From a virus (Duplodnaviria > Heunggongvirae > Uroviricota > Caudoviricetes): a DNA stretch of 37,372 bases. The notes beneath the pieces are model-generated. The model was not told the DNA's origin, ran no database searches, and was given only the letters and a program-made list of their open reading frames with translations. Shown here piece by piece: positions 8,751-17,477 of this stretch (the first letter of the stretch is position 1; each line of letters begins with the position of its first letter). Both the position numbers and the translations under genes were made by a program. The DNA lies in the IMG/VR virus record IMGVR_UViG_3300031134_000639; one strand, 5' to 3'.

Positions 8751-10529
8751 TTATGCTTTAGCGATACCATACATTTGGTAGGGCAGTTTTTTGTCTGAGG
8801 CCTGTGTCCAACGTGTCTCATTTAAGTGTGGTACAGGTAGAGCCTCGTACTCTCCTTGTCTGTCCGCGAACATCGGGTTCAGTGTGTTGTGAGGCAGTAG
8901 CATGTTCTTGGTGGAGAAAGTCACTCGCAGGAAGGTTCTAAGGCCCGGGATGGTCTTAAGTGGTGTTCTATGCACAGCGTAGGGGTCCATCAGATATAGA
9001 TGGCCCGGTTTTACTGTGTAGATATTCTCCTCAGATGCTTGCTTGTCAAACTCTGTGAACAGCCTCTCATGAGTGTCATCTAAGTGTCCTACGAAGAACG
9101 GCTGTAGACAAAACTCTGTTCCAGGGTTTGTTGTGAGAATGTAGGAGTGAGCGCTGACTTCTTTCTCAGTGAAAGCTCCACCCTGTAAATCATCACCGTG
9201 GAAGCCTGGGAAGCGATGGGTTTTGCCTTCCTCTATTTCACGGGTGTCGTGAGTGATGTGCGCAACCTGGCTTTCATATAGCGGGTTATGGCATTTGTCG
9301 TAAGTGAAGATGCGCTCTAGGATGCCCTGAATTGGTTTTAGCTCTGCGGGCACCATTATCTCTTGACTGTCCCACCATTTCAGAGGCATACGGAGAGTGT
9401 TCGGAATTGACTGAATCTTGTTCACGTCTGCTGTTCCCAGGTCAATGGGTAGGCGAGGGTTAGTATACTTTCTTGGCTCAAACGGTTCGGTCATGTCCCT
9501 GTATGTGGGTGAGTACGGCTGAACTTTAGGATACCATCTGTCTGGCGCTGTGATTGCTTTACCTGGTGTCAACGGAGCATCATCAAAGGTTCCTATGTCC
9601 TGTTTAGCTTTGCTTCGTTCCTGTTGTACAGCCTCTTCTGTTTTCGCTGTTGGATCTACCTCAATTTTAGCGTCTAGACCGTAGTAGTCGTAGTTCACTT
9701 CTGAGTCTGGTGCACGCAACCAGTCACGAATGTCTAGCTTGAAATTTGGCTTCTCTTGTTCAAGCATCGGGTTCAAAGTGTTGAACTCAATGGGTAGCGG
9801 AGCGTTCGCTACGGTAATACGGATGAACCCACGATGGGTGTCCTCATGGATTGTAGGTGTTCGGTGGACCATATAAGCATCCATCAGGTACAGGTGTTGG
9901 CTGATGCCTTTGAAGATGTTAACATCTTTAGCTTGTTGGTCAAAGGCCTTGAAGAAGTTAGTTATATCCTCATCGTAGTGCTTGATGAAGAAAGGCTGCA
10001 TACAGAACTCTGTGGGGTTGTTTGTTGCGATAACATATGAGTGTTCTGCAAGCAGTTTCTCTTTGAATTTCCCTCCTTGGAGGCCGTCTACATGCCAACC
10101 AGGGAACCGTTGGGTCTCTTGGGCTTTAACGAAACCGTAGTCTGTGGTTATGTGAACTTCACAGTTCTCAAACTGTTCGTTGATCATGCGTTCGTACTCT
10201 AGAACCTGCATGAGGAAAGGTTGAATGGCTTTAAGCTCCTCGGGGATGTAAGCGTTTGTTTCTCCTACAGGTTTTACAGTGAGTCGTAGGACGCGAGGTA
10301 GGTGCTCTACGGCACTGATATCAAAGAAGCCTAAGTCTACAGGTAGGCGCGGGGAAGTGTAATGGTCAAAACTGAACGGTGTTGTCAGATGTGTGTACAC
10401 TGGTGACCAAGACTGGGCTTTAGGCATCCACACGTCCCTGACCTCAACCACATCCCCAGTTGAACTTATCTCAGCGGCATCGTATTGGATGTTATCCACT
10501 GTCTTGTTATCTTCTGGTTTGTATGCCAT
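8751..10529 (-). CDS. Tandem-duplicated 2OG-Fe(II) dioxygenase-like protein
   Basis: Two homologous halves, each with HxD (H146-V-D148; H444-G-D446), a distal His (VHRTP; H222, H520) and an R-x-F-x-R-x-T strand. Confidence 0.75.
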   Translation of the reverse strand: MAYKPEDNKTVDNIQYDAAEISSTGDVVEVRDVWMPKAQSWSPVYTHLTTPFSFDHYTSPRLPVDLGFFDISAVEHLPRVLRLTVKPVGETNAYIPEELKAIQPFLMQVLEYERMINEQFENCEVHITTDYGFVKAQETQRFPGWHVDGLQGGKFKEKLLAEHSYVIATNNPTEFCMQPFFIKHYDEDITNFFKAFDQQAKDVNIFKGISQHLYLMDAYMVHRTPTIHEDTHRGFIRITVANAPLPIEFNTLNPMLEQEKPNFKLDIRDWLRAPDSEVNYDYYGLDAKIEVDPTAKTEEAVQQERSKAKQDIGTFDDAPLTPGKAITAPDRWYPKVQPYSPTYRDMTEPFEPRKYTNPRLPIDLGTADVNKIQSIPNTLRMPLKWWDSQEIMVPAELKPIQGILERIFTYDKCHNPLYESQVAHITHDTREIEEGKTHRFPGFHGDDLQGGAFTEKEVSAHSYILTTNPGTEFCLQPFFVGHLDDTHERLFTEFDKQASEENIYTVKPGHLYLMDPYAVHRTPLKTIPGLRTFLRVTFSTKNMLLPHNTLNPMFADRQGEYEALPVPHLNETRWTQASDKKLPYQMYGIAKA

Positions 10530-10591
10530 ATTTAAGGTCCCCTAAGGTTGAAGTGTCATATAAATAATCGGCTTGGGAGGAGCATATTGTG

Positions 10592-10641
10592 CATATGCGT
10601 GGGAAGGCAGATGATGTATTTCTTACCTTCCCACGCATATG
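10592..10641. terminator. Inverted repeat, probable terminator of the MinD-like gene
   Basis: 16-bp arms CATATGCGTGGGAAGG / CCTTCCCACGCATATG. Confidence 0.75.
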
Positions 10642-10644
10642 GTA

Positions 10645-11667
10645 TTATTCTTTAGTCAAAATGGATGCAACTTTTTTGATGCTTGAGTTGAACTGGTTTT
10701 TTGCTTTGTAGGCTTTAGCAAGTTCGGTAGTTACACTTGCGCGTTTAACAGCTAGCTCGGTCCCTAGTGCTGCTAAAATTGTGATTTCGCTGAAGTATTT
10801 TTCTATTAGCTCTTTACCCAAAAACTGACCTGGCAGAGTCATGTTAGCAATCAGCCCAACTTGATTTAAATTGAAGCGTCTATCCGGTAATCCGTTTAGA
10901 TCCTCTTCCAACTCTTTTTTCCATCTGAACAGATGAGGCAGAGGGTTTCTATCAAGGTCTGCTACATACAGGACTGCATCTGAAATGTTTACAATGCTAG
11001 GGAATGTTTCATCTAGATAAGTTATTCCTGTGTCAACGAAAACAAATTCGTAGTTTGCTTTCAGATTAGCGAGCATGTCTACATAGAACTGGGAGGAGAG
11101 GAGATCAGCTTTTCTGTCGCTACGTTTGGGAGATAGAACAACATCTATGTCTAATGAGTTGTCGTGAATAATGGTTTTTCTGAGAGCATGAATCGTTTTT
11201 TCATCTGAAAGGTAGTAGTTCAACATAGTTGGGGTAGCTTGGCTAACGTAATAGCTCAGCTGACCATTTCTTATGTCAGCATCGACAATTATTGCTGTTG
11301 CACCAGTTTTTCTGACAGCTGCTGCAAGAGCTAAAGCGACACTAGTTTTGCCTGTTCCCCCTTGGCTTGAAGCCAAAGTTATGATACGTCCTTCACCTTT
11401 TGACGAAAAGCCTAGACCAGCAGAAGAAGCAAAACTGTCGGTTGCAGTAGCAGAAATAAGAACGTCATCTCGGATGACTCCCTGTTCTGAGAGCAGGTCT
11501 CGTAGGGTTTCTTCTGTCTGAGTGCCTTTGTTAAGGGTCAAATGGAAACCGCCTGCTTGAACGTCAGGGTCTGTGGTTGTAATATGAATGGTGTCATTCT
11601 TTTTCAGATATGACACTCGTACGTTTTCTAGGGTAACGTATTTTTTGTTTTCGTCAGTTTTTGACAT
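10645..11667 (-). CDS. MinD/ParA/CpaE-like P-loop ATPase with an extra N-terminal domain
   Basis: IITLASSQGGTGKTSVA (deviant Walker A), IIVDAD, FVFVDTG; SD AAGGA. Confidence 0.85.
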   Translation of the reverse strand: MSKTDENKKYVTLENVRVSYLKKNDTIHITTTDPDVQAGGFHLTLNKGTQTEETLRDLLSEQGVIRDDVLISATATDSFASSAGLGFSSKGEGRIITLASSQGGTGKTSVALALAAAVRKTGATAIIVDADIRNGQLSYYVSQATPTMLNYYLSDEKTIHALRKTIIHDNSLDIDVVLSPKRSDRKADLLSSQFYVDMLANLKANYEFVFVDTGITYLDETFPSIVNISDAVLYVADLDRNPLPHLFRWKKELEEDLNGLPDRRFNLNQVGLIANMTLPGQFLGKELIEKYFSEITILAALGTELAVKRASVTTELAKAYKAKNQFNSSIKKVASILTKE

Positions 11668-11724
11668 GGTTCATCCTTAAATTGTTTGGGTCTGGTTTCC
11701 GCCAGTTCGGTTGTTACATCTATT

Positions 11725-11732
11725 GTATCGGA
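11725..11732 (-). promoter_or_regulatory. TCCGATAC motif upstream of the MinD-like gene
   Basis: Reverse complement of GTATCGGA, about 57 nt upstream of the ATG. Confidence 0.5.
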
Positions 11733-11817
11733 CTACATAGTTTCACCTCTGTTTCCATGCACGGCAAGGTCAGGAACACTTTCATGATATAGTAAGGTGA
11801 ACGGATTCGGAGGGTTT

Positions 11818-12477
11818 ATGCGTCAGAAGTATAACCAAGCAGTAGTTGGGCAGAAGGTAACTGATGCTTTAGATGCCTTCAAATATGAGTCCGGTTCTAA
11901 GCTAGCTGGCACCAAGGTGTTTGCTGGTCCTGGCAAGTCAGCTTCTAAGATCGTGTGGGCTTTACACAACTTCCAAGCTTGGGTTCAGCCTGACTCTCCA
12001 GATGCTATCTTCATAACAGTGAACTCTTCTCTAGCTGAAAAGCTACATCCTCACGACTATCTTAGATACGTTGGTATCAGACACTTCGGAAACATGTACT
12101 GGTTTCAGGTTGAAGCAGAGTGCAAACTCCTCTCTTCGGAGCGCTTTGAGATAACGGAAAGGAAACTTTTCTGGTCTCGGATGAGTTCATTTGCTGTGGA
12201 GCCTACGAAACTTGAGAGCGTGTTCGCTAGACCTTGGCTTTTAGGCAAACCAGATTCTAGTACTTTTTACTACGAGCTGATAATGTCAAGTACCAACATT
12301 CAACTTGCAAATACCAAGTTGGAGTCAAAAACTCTGTCAGGGCATAGTAGTTGGGTGGATCTTCATAATCTATACTTCCACCCTGAAGTGTTCGCTGTAG
12401 ATCAGGGTATGCCTGGTGTTCCGGAGGAGCATCTTAAGAAACTGTTTGATGTACCAACTAAGCTGATAATGACATAA
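11818..12477 (+). CDS. HxHD/Hx4H family paralog 5
   Basis: HPHDYLRYVGI...AEC...WVDLHNLYFHPEVF...PGVPEEHLKKL; TGA-TATAGT at 11785-11793 and SD GGAGG support ATG 11818. Confidence 0.85.
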   Translation: MRQKYNQAVVGQKVTDALDAFKYESGSKLAGTKVFAGPGKSASKIVWALHNFQAWVQPDSPDAIFITVNSSLAEKLHPHDYLRYVGIRHFGNMYWFQVEAECKLLSSERFEITERKLFWSRMSSFAVEPTKLESVFARPWLLGKPDSSTFYYELIMSSTNIQLANTKLESKTLSGHSSWVDLHNLYFHPEVFAVDQGMPGVPEEHLKKLFDVPTKLIMT

Positions 12478-12529
12478 AATAATCTTAGCGCTACCGAAAA
12501 CTACCTCACTATTGTGGTACCATAGTAGA

Positions 12530-13360
12530 ATGAGTTCTTACTGGCCGACTATGACACGGTTCTTTGCTATGTTGCTTGGCCCAGTTCGTGATTTTGTAGA
12601 GGCAACAAAGCAAGCTCTAGGAGACATAGTTTCCCAGTTCAAAAATCCTGGTGTCACTAAAAGGTTTTTTGCTGTTCCACTCAAAATTTTTACAACTCCA
12701 TTTGTTGCTGTTGCCTCTATGTTTGAAAGCAGAGCAAAAATTAAAGCTCATGGGGTGGTAGCTGGTCTAGACAGCTTGCATACTGAAGGCAAACATCTTC
12801 ACAAATTCTTCAGGTATTGGGCTTATCTTTTTACTCTTGATCTTCTAACTAAGAAGCGGTTCTCATGGGTTGACAAGAAGTTAAGTGTCTACGACTATGG
12901 TTGGGGAACTATGATAGCTTCTCTTCACAGAGACCAGGCTAAACTTTTTCATGAGCATGACCGCATGCAATATATCCGGGTTAAACTTTTTGGGCTAATA
13001 CCGTACTGGTTCCAGATAGAAAGAAACTGTGCTGAGTCTCCTTCTTTTACTCTTAGAGCTTGCACCACCCGTTTCTGGTGGATGCTTGCCGTGGTCCATA
13101 ACTCTAAGACGTTTGACAAAATTGATTTGTCTGACCTTGAAAAGTTTTTGTTACCTCCCGGATGGGATTCGTCTCTCACCACATGGAGTGCATCAGCGCT
13201 TAGTTTAAGGCAGACTTTAGATACTTTATCTCCAGACTACGATTGGGTTGACCTACATAACCTGTATTACCATCCAAGCGTTTTCGCTGCTGACCATGAC
13301 TTTGAGGGAATCCCAGGTGAGTATGTCCGAAAGGTACTTGGAGTACCCGAAAGACTTTAG
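12530..13360 (+). CDS. HxHD/Hx4H family paralog 6 (probably leaderless)
   Basis: HEHDRMQYIRV...RNC...WVDLHNLYYHPSVF...EGIPGEYVRKVL; TGG-TACCAT-N6-ATG 12530. Confidence 0.85.
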   Translation: MSSYWPTMTRFFAMLLGPVRDFVEATKQALGDIVSQFKNPGVTKRFFAVPLKIFTTPFVAVASMFESRAKIKAHGVVAGLDSLHTEGKHLHKFFRYWAYLFTLDLLTKKRFSWVDKKLSVYDYGWGTMIASLHRDQAKLFHEHDRMQYIRVKLFGLIPYWFQIERNCAESPSFTLRACTTRFWWMLAVVHNSKTFDKIDLSDLEKFLLPPGWDSSLTTWSASALSLRQTLDTLSPDYDWVDLHNLYYHPSVFAADHDFEGIPGEYVRKVLGVPERL

Positions 13361-13381
13361 GCTGTGTCTACTGTAGACTTC

Positions 13382-13394
13382 CGTTAGACATAGA
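13382..13394 (+). promoter_or_regulatory. CGTTAGAYATAGA motif, copy 2
   Basis: CGTTAGACATAGA-GC-ATG(13397); same spacing as the copy at 1018. Confidence 0.5.
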
Positions 13395-13396
13395 GC

Positions 13397-14221
13397 ATGA
13401 GACAGCACTATTCTACGCTTACTGGCAGCTGGGAAGATTGCAGCGCTACAATACGTAAATGCCAATATGAACATCGTAATGGTAGCCTGTCCGCTCCTGC
13501 TGTCTCTTCACCGGAGAGGGAAGCTGTTGAAGCTGACAAAGCTTCTTTCTTAGACCAAATGGTCAAACTGTGGTCACCTAAAAAGTTTGATATTCCAGAG
13601 TCTTTTTCTTTAGTCACTAGCCGCACTAAGAGTAAAGAAATTCGCGTTGCTGATGCAGGTTCAACAGCTAAACGTTGCCACAGATGCAATGTCTATGTTT
13701 CTGAGGAAGAAGTTGAAACAATGTACTCGGAAGACTACAGGTGCAGCAAATGTGGTGAAAAGCCGCCCACTGGACTTGGAGTTGACACCCCCTATGTTGT
13801 TGAAATTGACCGTGGTGAAGCTGTTTTCCTAGTTGACAAGAAAGCAGCTAAAGAACGCACTTGGTATCATGCTACAATCAAGAAGGACTGGGAAGATGGA
13901 GTCCGCTCTAACAGTGTTTATGTCCACGCTGGCTCACGTGAGGCTGCGGAAGACCGCATCAAAATTGACTGGCCCAACCAAGTATTCTTCCTGTATGAAC
14001 TTAAACTGAAGAAGAACACTAAGTTTGGTGAGAACGCTTGGGATGATAACGATTTTCCGGAGACCACACATCATCCTCTTTCTGAGACAAACTCTCCTCT
14101 TGCAGCTGACAAAGTGACCTTATATGTCAACAAGTACGAGCACCCTGGGAGCGTAAGCATGGTATCTGCCCCACGCAATTTTGATGTTGTAAAGAAATCT
14201 ACAATTACGCCAAGCTTCTAG
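13397..14221 (+). CDS. Protein with N-terminal H-C-C-H module, central CxxC...CxxC zinc finger and a possible ADP-ribosyltransferase-like C-terminal domain
   Basis: HYSTLTGSWEDCSATIRKCQYEH; CHRC...CSKC; TWYHAT...VYVHAGSREAAEDR...LYELKL. The ORF is solid; the ART assignment is tentative. Confidence 0.75.
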   Translation: MRQHYSTLTGSWEDCSATIRKCQYEHRNGSLSAPAVSSPEREAVEADKASFLDQMVKLWSPKKFDIPESFSLVTSRTKSKEIRVADAGSTAKRCHRCNVYVSEEEVETMYSEDYRCSKCGEKPPTGLGVDTPYVVEIDRGEAVFLVDKKAAKERTWYHATIKKDWEDGVRSNSVYVHAGSREAAEDRIKIDWPNQVFFLYELKLKKNTKFGENAWDDNDFPETTHHPLSETNSPLAADKVTLYVNKYEHPGSVSMVSAPRNFDVVKKSTITPSF

Positions 14222-14290
14222 CACAAGAACAATCAAACTTGATTTGTGCTATAGTTGAGATACCAACTTATTTCAACTACGGAGGCAATT

Positions 14291-15001
14291 TTGTTTGAAG
14301 GGCACGAATCGGCCTTAGCTAGAGCTAACAACTTTGCGGCAAGCTATGTCCTTGGCTCAGGTAACTTAATTACCTCAAAAAAGTATCAGTTTTGGAAACG
14401 TTTAAACCAGACCAACTCACTGAAAGAAGACGCTCATGTTTGGGCGGCAGCTAACTTAAACGTTCACAAGATTGGCAACATGTTTGCTGTGACGGTAAAG
14501 AAGAAACACGGCCTCCATGACCACGACCGTCTTAAATTTGTTGGAATCAAAAGTCTTTTTAGCACCAGATGGTATGAAGTATCCCCTAGATGCGATAAGA
14601 CAGATGTTACGCCTGTGTACATTAGCAGCGAAGTAGCTCACTACGGTTTTTGGGCTGAACTTGCAAAGCACAGCCAACGTGGGTTCAACAATGACTACTT
14701 CAGGACTGAGTCTGTTGTAACTTCAACTGAGGCTGGCTTAGAAGGCTTTGTAGGCGAAGTTAAAAAGGGAAGCGACCCTGATTATCGGGTTCGTGCTGAA
14801 GGAATGCGTAGGCTCAGCCAGCTGCTACCAGAAGGTATGGGCTGGGCTAACGTACACAACTACGTGTATCACCCAGATGTTTTCACTGAAAATACTGAGC
14901 TTGAGGGTGTGCCCATGGTTTATGTGAAGCAAATGTTTAACTTGCCAGATGATGCTCAACTTCTTGCAAGCATAAAGAGCGAACAACTGGTAGCTTCATG
15001 A
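14291..15001 (+). CDS. HxHD/Hx4H family paralog 7
   Basis: HDHDRLKFVGI...PRC...WANVHNYVYHPDVF...EGVPMVYVKQM; TGC-TATAGT at 14247-14255 and SD GGAGG support TTG 14291. Confidence 0.85.
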   Translation: MFEGHESALARANNFAASYVLGSGNLITSKKYQFWKRLNQTNSLKEDAHVWAAANLNVHKIGNMFAVTVKKKHGLHDHDRLKFVGIKSLFSTRWYEVSPRCDKTDVTPVYISSEVAHYGFWAELAKHSQRGFNNDYFRTESVVTSTEAGLEGFVGEVKKGSDPDYRVRAEGMRRLSQLLPEGMGWANVHNYVYHPDVFTENTELEGVPMVYVKQMFNLPDDAQLLASIKSEQLVAS

Positions 15002-15258
15002 AGACGATGCGTCTAATCCGTACAATTCTACTGTTCCCTATTATGTTCCCTTTGGTTGTGGCTCTTGGGTTAGGTAGAATATTGCTTCGCCGTTGGTCTG
15101 TACTTAGCAGACTAACTTTTGTATTAGCTCTAGTCGGTTCTTTCTTAATATGTATACCCTATTGGGAGAGCTTAGCTACTACAATTCATTACTCTCTTGT
15201 TTACGCTTGTCTGTTCACGTTTTCCTTTGAAATTTGGAAGAAAGCTTGTAGACTCTAA
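14998..15258 (+). CDS. Small membrane protein
   Basis: ATGA overlap with the upstream gene; about 3 hydrophobic segments. Confidence 0.75.
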   Translation: MKTMRLIRTILLFPIMFPLVVALGLGRILLRRWSVLSRLTFVLALVGSFLICIPYWESLATTIHYSLVYACLFTFSFEIWKKACRL

Positions 15259-15322
15259 ATTAGGTTAGTCATGAATCACCGATATTATTAAGGAGCCAGA
15301 TAACAAGTGAGGTGATGTTAGT

Positions 15323-15580
15323 ATGAGTAACAACGAAAAACTTAACACTAAAAAGCCGAAACGCAACATCCAGCGGTTAAGCTATTGGAATCAAATTTCA
15401 ATACCTGTAGCTATCGCATATCTAATAATAGCTGTGTTCTTCACAAGCGTAATTTTCATCAACGTAGACATGAGCGAGTCCAGCTGGGTAATTTTTGTTG
15501 GATTCCCTGTTATGGTCATCATAGAGTTCTTATTTTTGTGTATAACACTGCCGTTTATCTTCAAGCCAACTAAAAGGTAA
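15323..15580 (+). CDS. Small two-TM membrane protein
   Basis: SD GAGG; two hydrophobic segments; ACCGATA at 15278-15284. Confidence 0.75.
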   Translation: MSNNEKLNTKKPKRNIQRLSYWNQISIPVAIAYLIIAVFFTSVIFINVDMSESSWVIFVGFPVMVIIEFLFLCITLPFIFKPTKR

Positions 15581-15645
15581 CTGGTTTTCTTTAAGTTACC
15601 GATACTTCTGTAGTATGCTTGAAGTATAATCTAGCGGGAGTTTTT

Positions 15646-16662
15646 GTGCTTAAAGAATTTGGTAGAGCGAGTTTCACAGGTGAGACTCTAGAGAACCGAC
15701 CAGTTGAATTTCGTGGAGTCGCCGGTAGCGCTGTCGCTACGGTCATAAACCGGGAGAACGTTCAGGCTTTGGATGGCCTGTGGAAGAACAAAGAGTTCCG
15801 TGGATGCTATATTCTGTTAGGTCCGCGAATGCTCTCCGGAGAGTACCATTTCTATGTTGGCCTTATGGGGGATGCTACTCCAGAAGAAGGTGGCAACACG
15901 TTCGCTGGGAGGATGTTTAGTCATGGAGTTAATCCTAGAACCCGTAAAGAGTTCTGGGTTACAGCTGTACTTGTCTCAGATGAGTCTCCGGGTTTCTTTG
16001 ACAGCAGCCAGGTAAAATGGATGGAAGGTGAGCTTGACCGCTTGTTCTCCAATGTTGTCGGGACCCGACGTGTGAACATTGCTCCGACTGGGGATAGGAC
16101 CACAAAGCAGGAGGCTAGGGAAGCATGCTATCCTGCTATTGAAACTCTTCTGCGGATTGTACAGATGCTTGGTTACTCTGCGACTCAAAAGCCTGTCAAA
16201 GTTGAGGAAACTATAATACCTGACTTCATACCTAATCTTCCTGCTCCCGGTGAGATACCAGTTGAAAAACTGGCTGCTCCTGGTACTTTCCTTGATGCGC
16301 AACCTGTTGTAGCCTCTTATCTTCCTGAGGTTATTGATCATGACTACAATGTGCGATATCCTGCTGGTCTTAAAGAGTCCGACAAAGCTGAGTACGCTGA
16401 TTTCTGGATGTGGCGTCAGAGAGCTATGTACGCTGAGATAGAGTCGGGAAACCGTAACGTTACTAACTCAGGTTACATACTTGGGAACAACCTGCTTGTG
16501 ACTGTCATGAAAGAGAAACCTCGTTCATTAGATCAACTTATGAACATCCAAGGCGTAAGCAAAAATCGCAGAAAGACACTTGCGCGTTACTGGGATGACT
16601 TGGATGAAGTAATTGCTATGCATTCAAAGAAGACTGGTTGGTTCGGGCGTAAAAAGTCTTAG
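15646..16662 (+). CDS. GIY-YIG-type nuclease fused to a C-terminal HRDC-like domain
   Basis: GCYILLG...FYVG...GRMFSH...KEFW...EGEL...N; C-terminus WMWRQRA...YILGNNLL...KPRSLDQLMNIQGVS; SD GGGAG before GTG 15646. Confidence 0.7.
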   Translation: MLKEFGRASFTGETLENRPVEFRGVAGSAVATVINRENVQALDGLWKNKEFRGCYILLGPRMLSGEYHFYVGLMGDATPEEGGNTFAGRMFSHGVNPRTRKEFWVTAVLVSDESPGFFDSSQVKWMEGELDRLFSNVVGTRRVNIAPTGDRTTKQEAREACYPAIETLLRIVQMLGYSATQKPVKVEETIIPDFIPNLPAPGEIPVEKLAAPGTFLDAQPVVASYLPEVIDHDYNVRYPAGLKESDKAEYADFWMWRQRAMYAEIESGNRNVTNSGYILGNNLLVTVMKEKPRSLDQLMNIQGVSKNRRKTLARYWDDLDEVIAMHSKKTGWFGRKKS

Positions 16663-16699
16663 CCAAAGACTGACAGTATGATGTATAACCCAGGACAGC

Positions 16700-17200
16700 T
16701 TATTTTTGTATGGTTGTAGTTGATGTACAAGTTGAAACAAAACCACCTGCACGGCTAGAGTAAATTAGGCGTGTTGTGTCATTGCCTCCAGAGAAAGAAC
16801 TTCTGGGAGATGCAGCTTCAATGCAGAACCACTGTCCAGGTGCCTGACCGGAGTAAACCCCAGCGTCATAAGAATGAAGACGCGTACCTTCGGAGAAGTT
16901 GAAGTCTTTGTTGAACACACCATTGTTGGTGTTCGTAAGGCCAGTGTCTCCATCGTTTCTCCAATCCCTTTGATAATCAGGGAACACAGTGTTCGGGCGA
17001 TCAACCGCATACGTGTGATATATGGTTGCTAGGTTCTTTACATCAGATTTTAATGCTGCATCGCCAGCTTTCTTTTGCTGGTTTAAGAAAACCGGAATGG
17101 CGATAGCTGCGAGGATACCAATAATGAGAATAACGACAAGAAGCTCAATCAGGGTAAACCCGGCTTCGTCTTTGCTGAAGTTGCGGAATCTTGCGAACAT
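16700..17200 (-). CDS. Type IV pilin-like protein 2 (short, with a C-terminal Cys pair)
   Basis: MFARFRNFSKDEAG|FTLIELLVVILIIGILAAIAIPVFLNQQ; WFCIEA...STCT. Confidence 0.92.
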   Translation of the reverse strand: MFARFRNFSKDEAGFTLIELLVVILIIGILAAIAIPVFLNQQKKAGDAALKSDVKNLATIYHTYAVDRPNTVFPDYQRDWRNDGDTGLTNTNNGVFNKDFNFSEGTRLHSYDAGVYSGQAPGQWFCIEAASPRSSFSGGNDTTRLIYSSRAGGFVSTCTSTTTIQK

Positions 17201-17315
17201 GAACTATTGTTACCTTAATCTCATTGGGTTGGCTTTGGCTGCTTAGGTGCAACTAATTTATTATTGTTATGCACTTGCAAGACGGCTGTGTCCGTCTTAG
17301 AGGATCTAACATTTT

Positions 17316-17322
17316 TATCGGA
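17316..17322 (-). promoter_or_regulatory. TCCGATA motif upstream of pilin 2
   Basis: Reverse complement of TATCGGA; reads TCCGATAA on the minus strand. Confidence 0.5.
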
Positions 17323-17407
17323 CTTAAGTTTGCGACTTTCATTAGATACCTAACTAGTCTTATCAAACGTTGCTATCTATAGTTGTTCATCTTCACTAAG
17401 CGTCTAG

Positions 17408-17437
17408 TTGACAAACTATCGCATAAGACTGTATGAT
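17408..17437 (+). promoter_or_regulatory. Sigma70/SigA-type promoter
   Basis: TTGACA-N18-TATGAT. Confidence 0.7.
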
Positions 17438-17477
17438 GGGTTTACATGGCAGTTATCTTTCCTCCGGAGGTGCACTT

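Noticed and set aside
11142-11153. ATTAGACATAGA (minus strand), similar to the CGTTAGAYATAGA motif
   Set aside because: It lies within the MinD-like coding sequence (SLDID) and does not precede a start codon
7898-11667. Pilin 1 plus the CpaE-like ATPase read as an ordinary chromosomal tad/pil operon
   Set aside because: The genes are on opposite strands and separated by terminators and an oxygenase. There are no TadA/B/C, PilB/C or peptidase genes, the pilins are not Flp-type, and the neighbourhood is phage-like.
17247-17298. Small hairpins in the long 5' leader of pilin 2 (AAGACGG-N6-CCGTCTT; GTGCA...TGCAC) as a riboswitch or ncRNA
   Set aside because: The stems are short, no recognisable RNA family motif is present, and there is no comparative evidence
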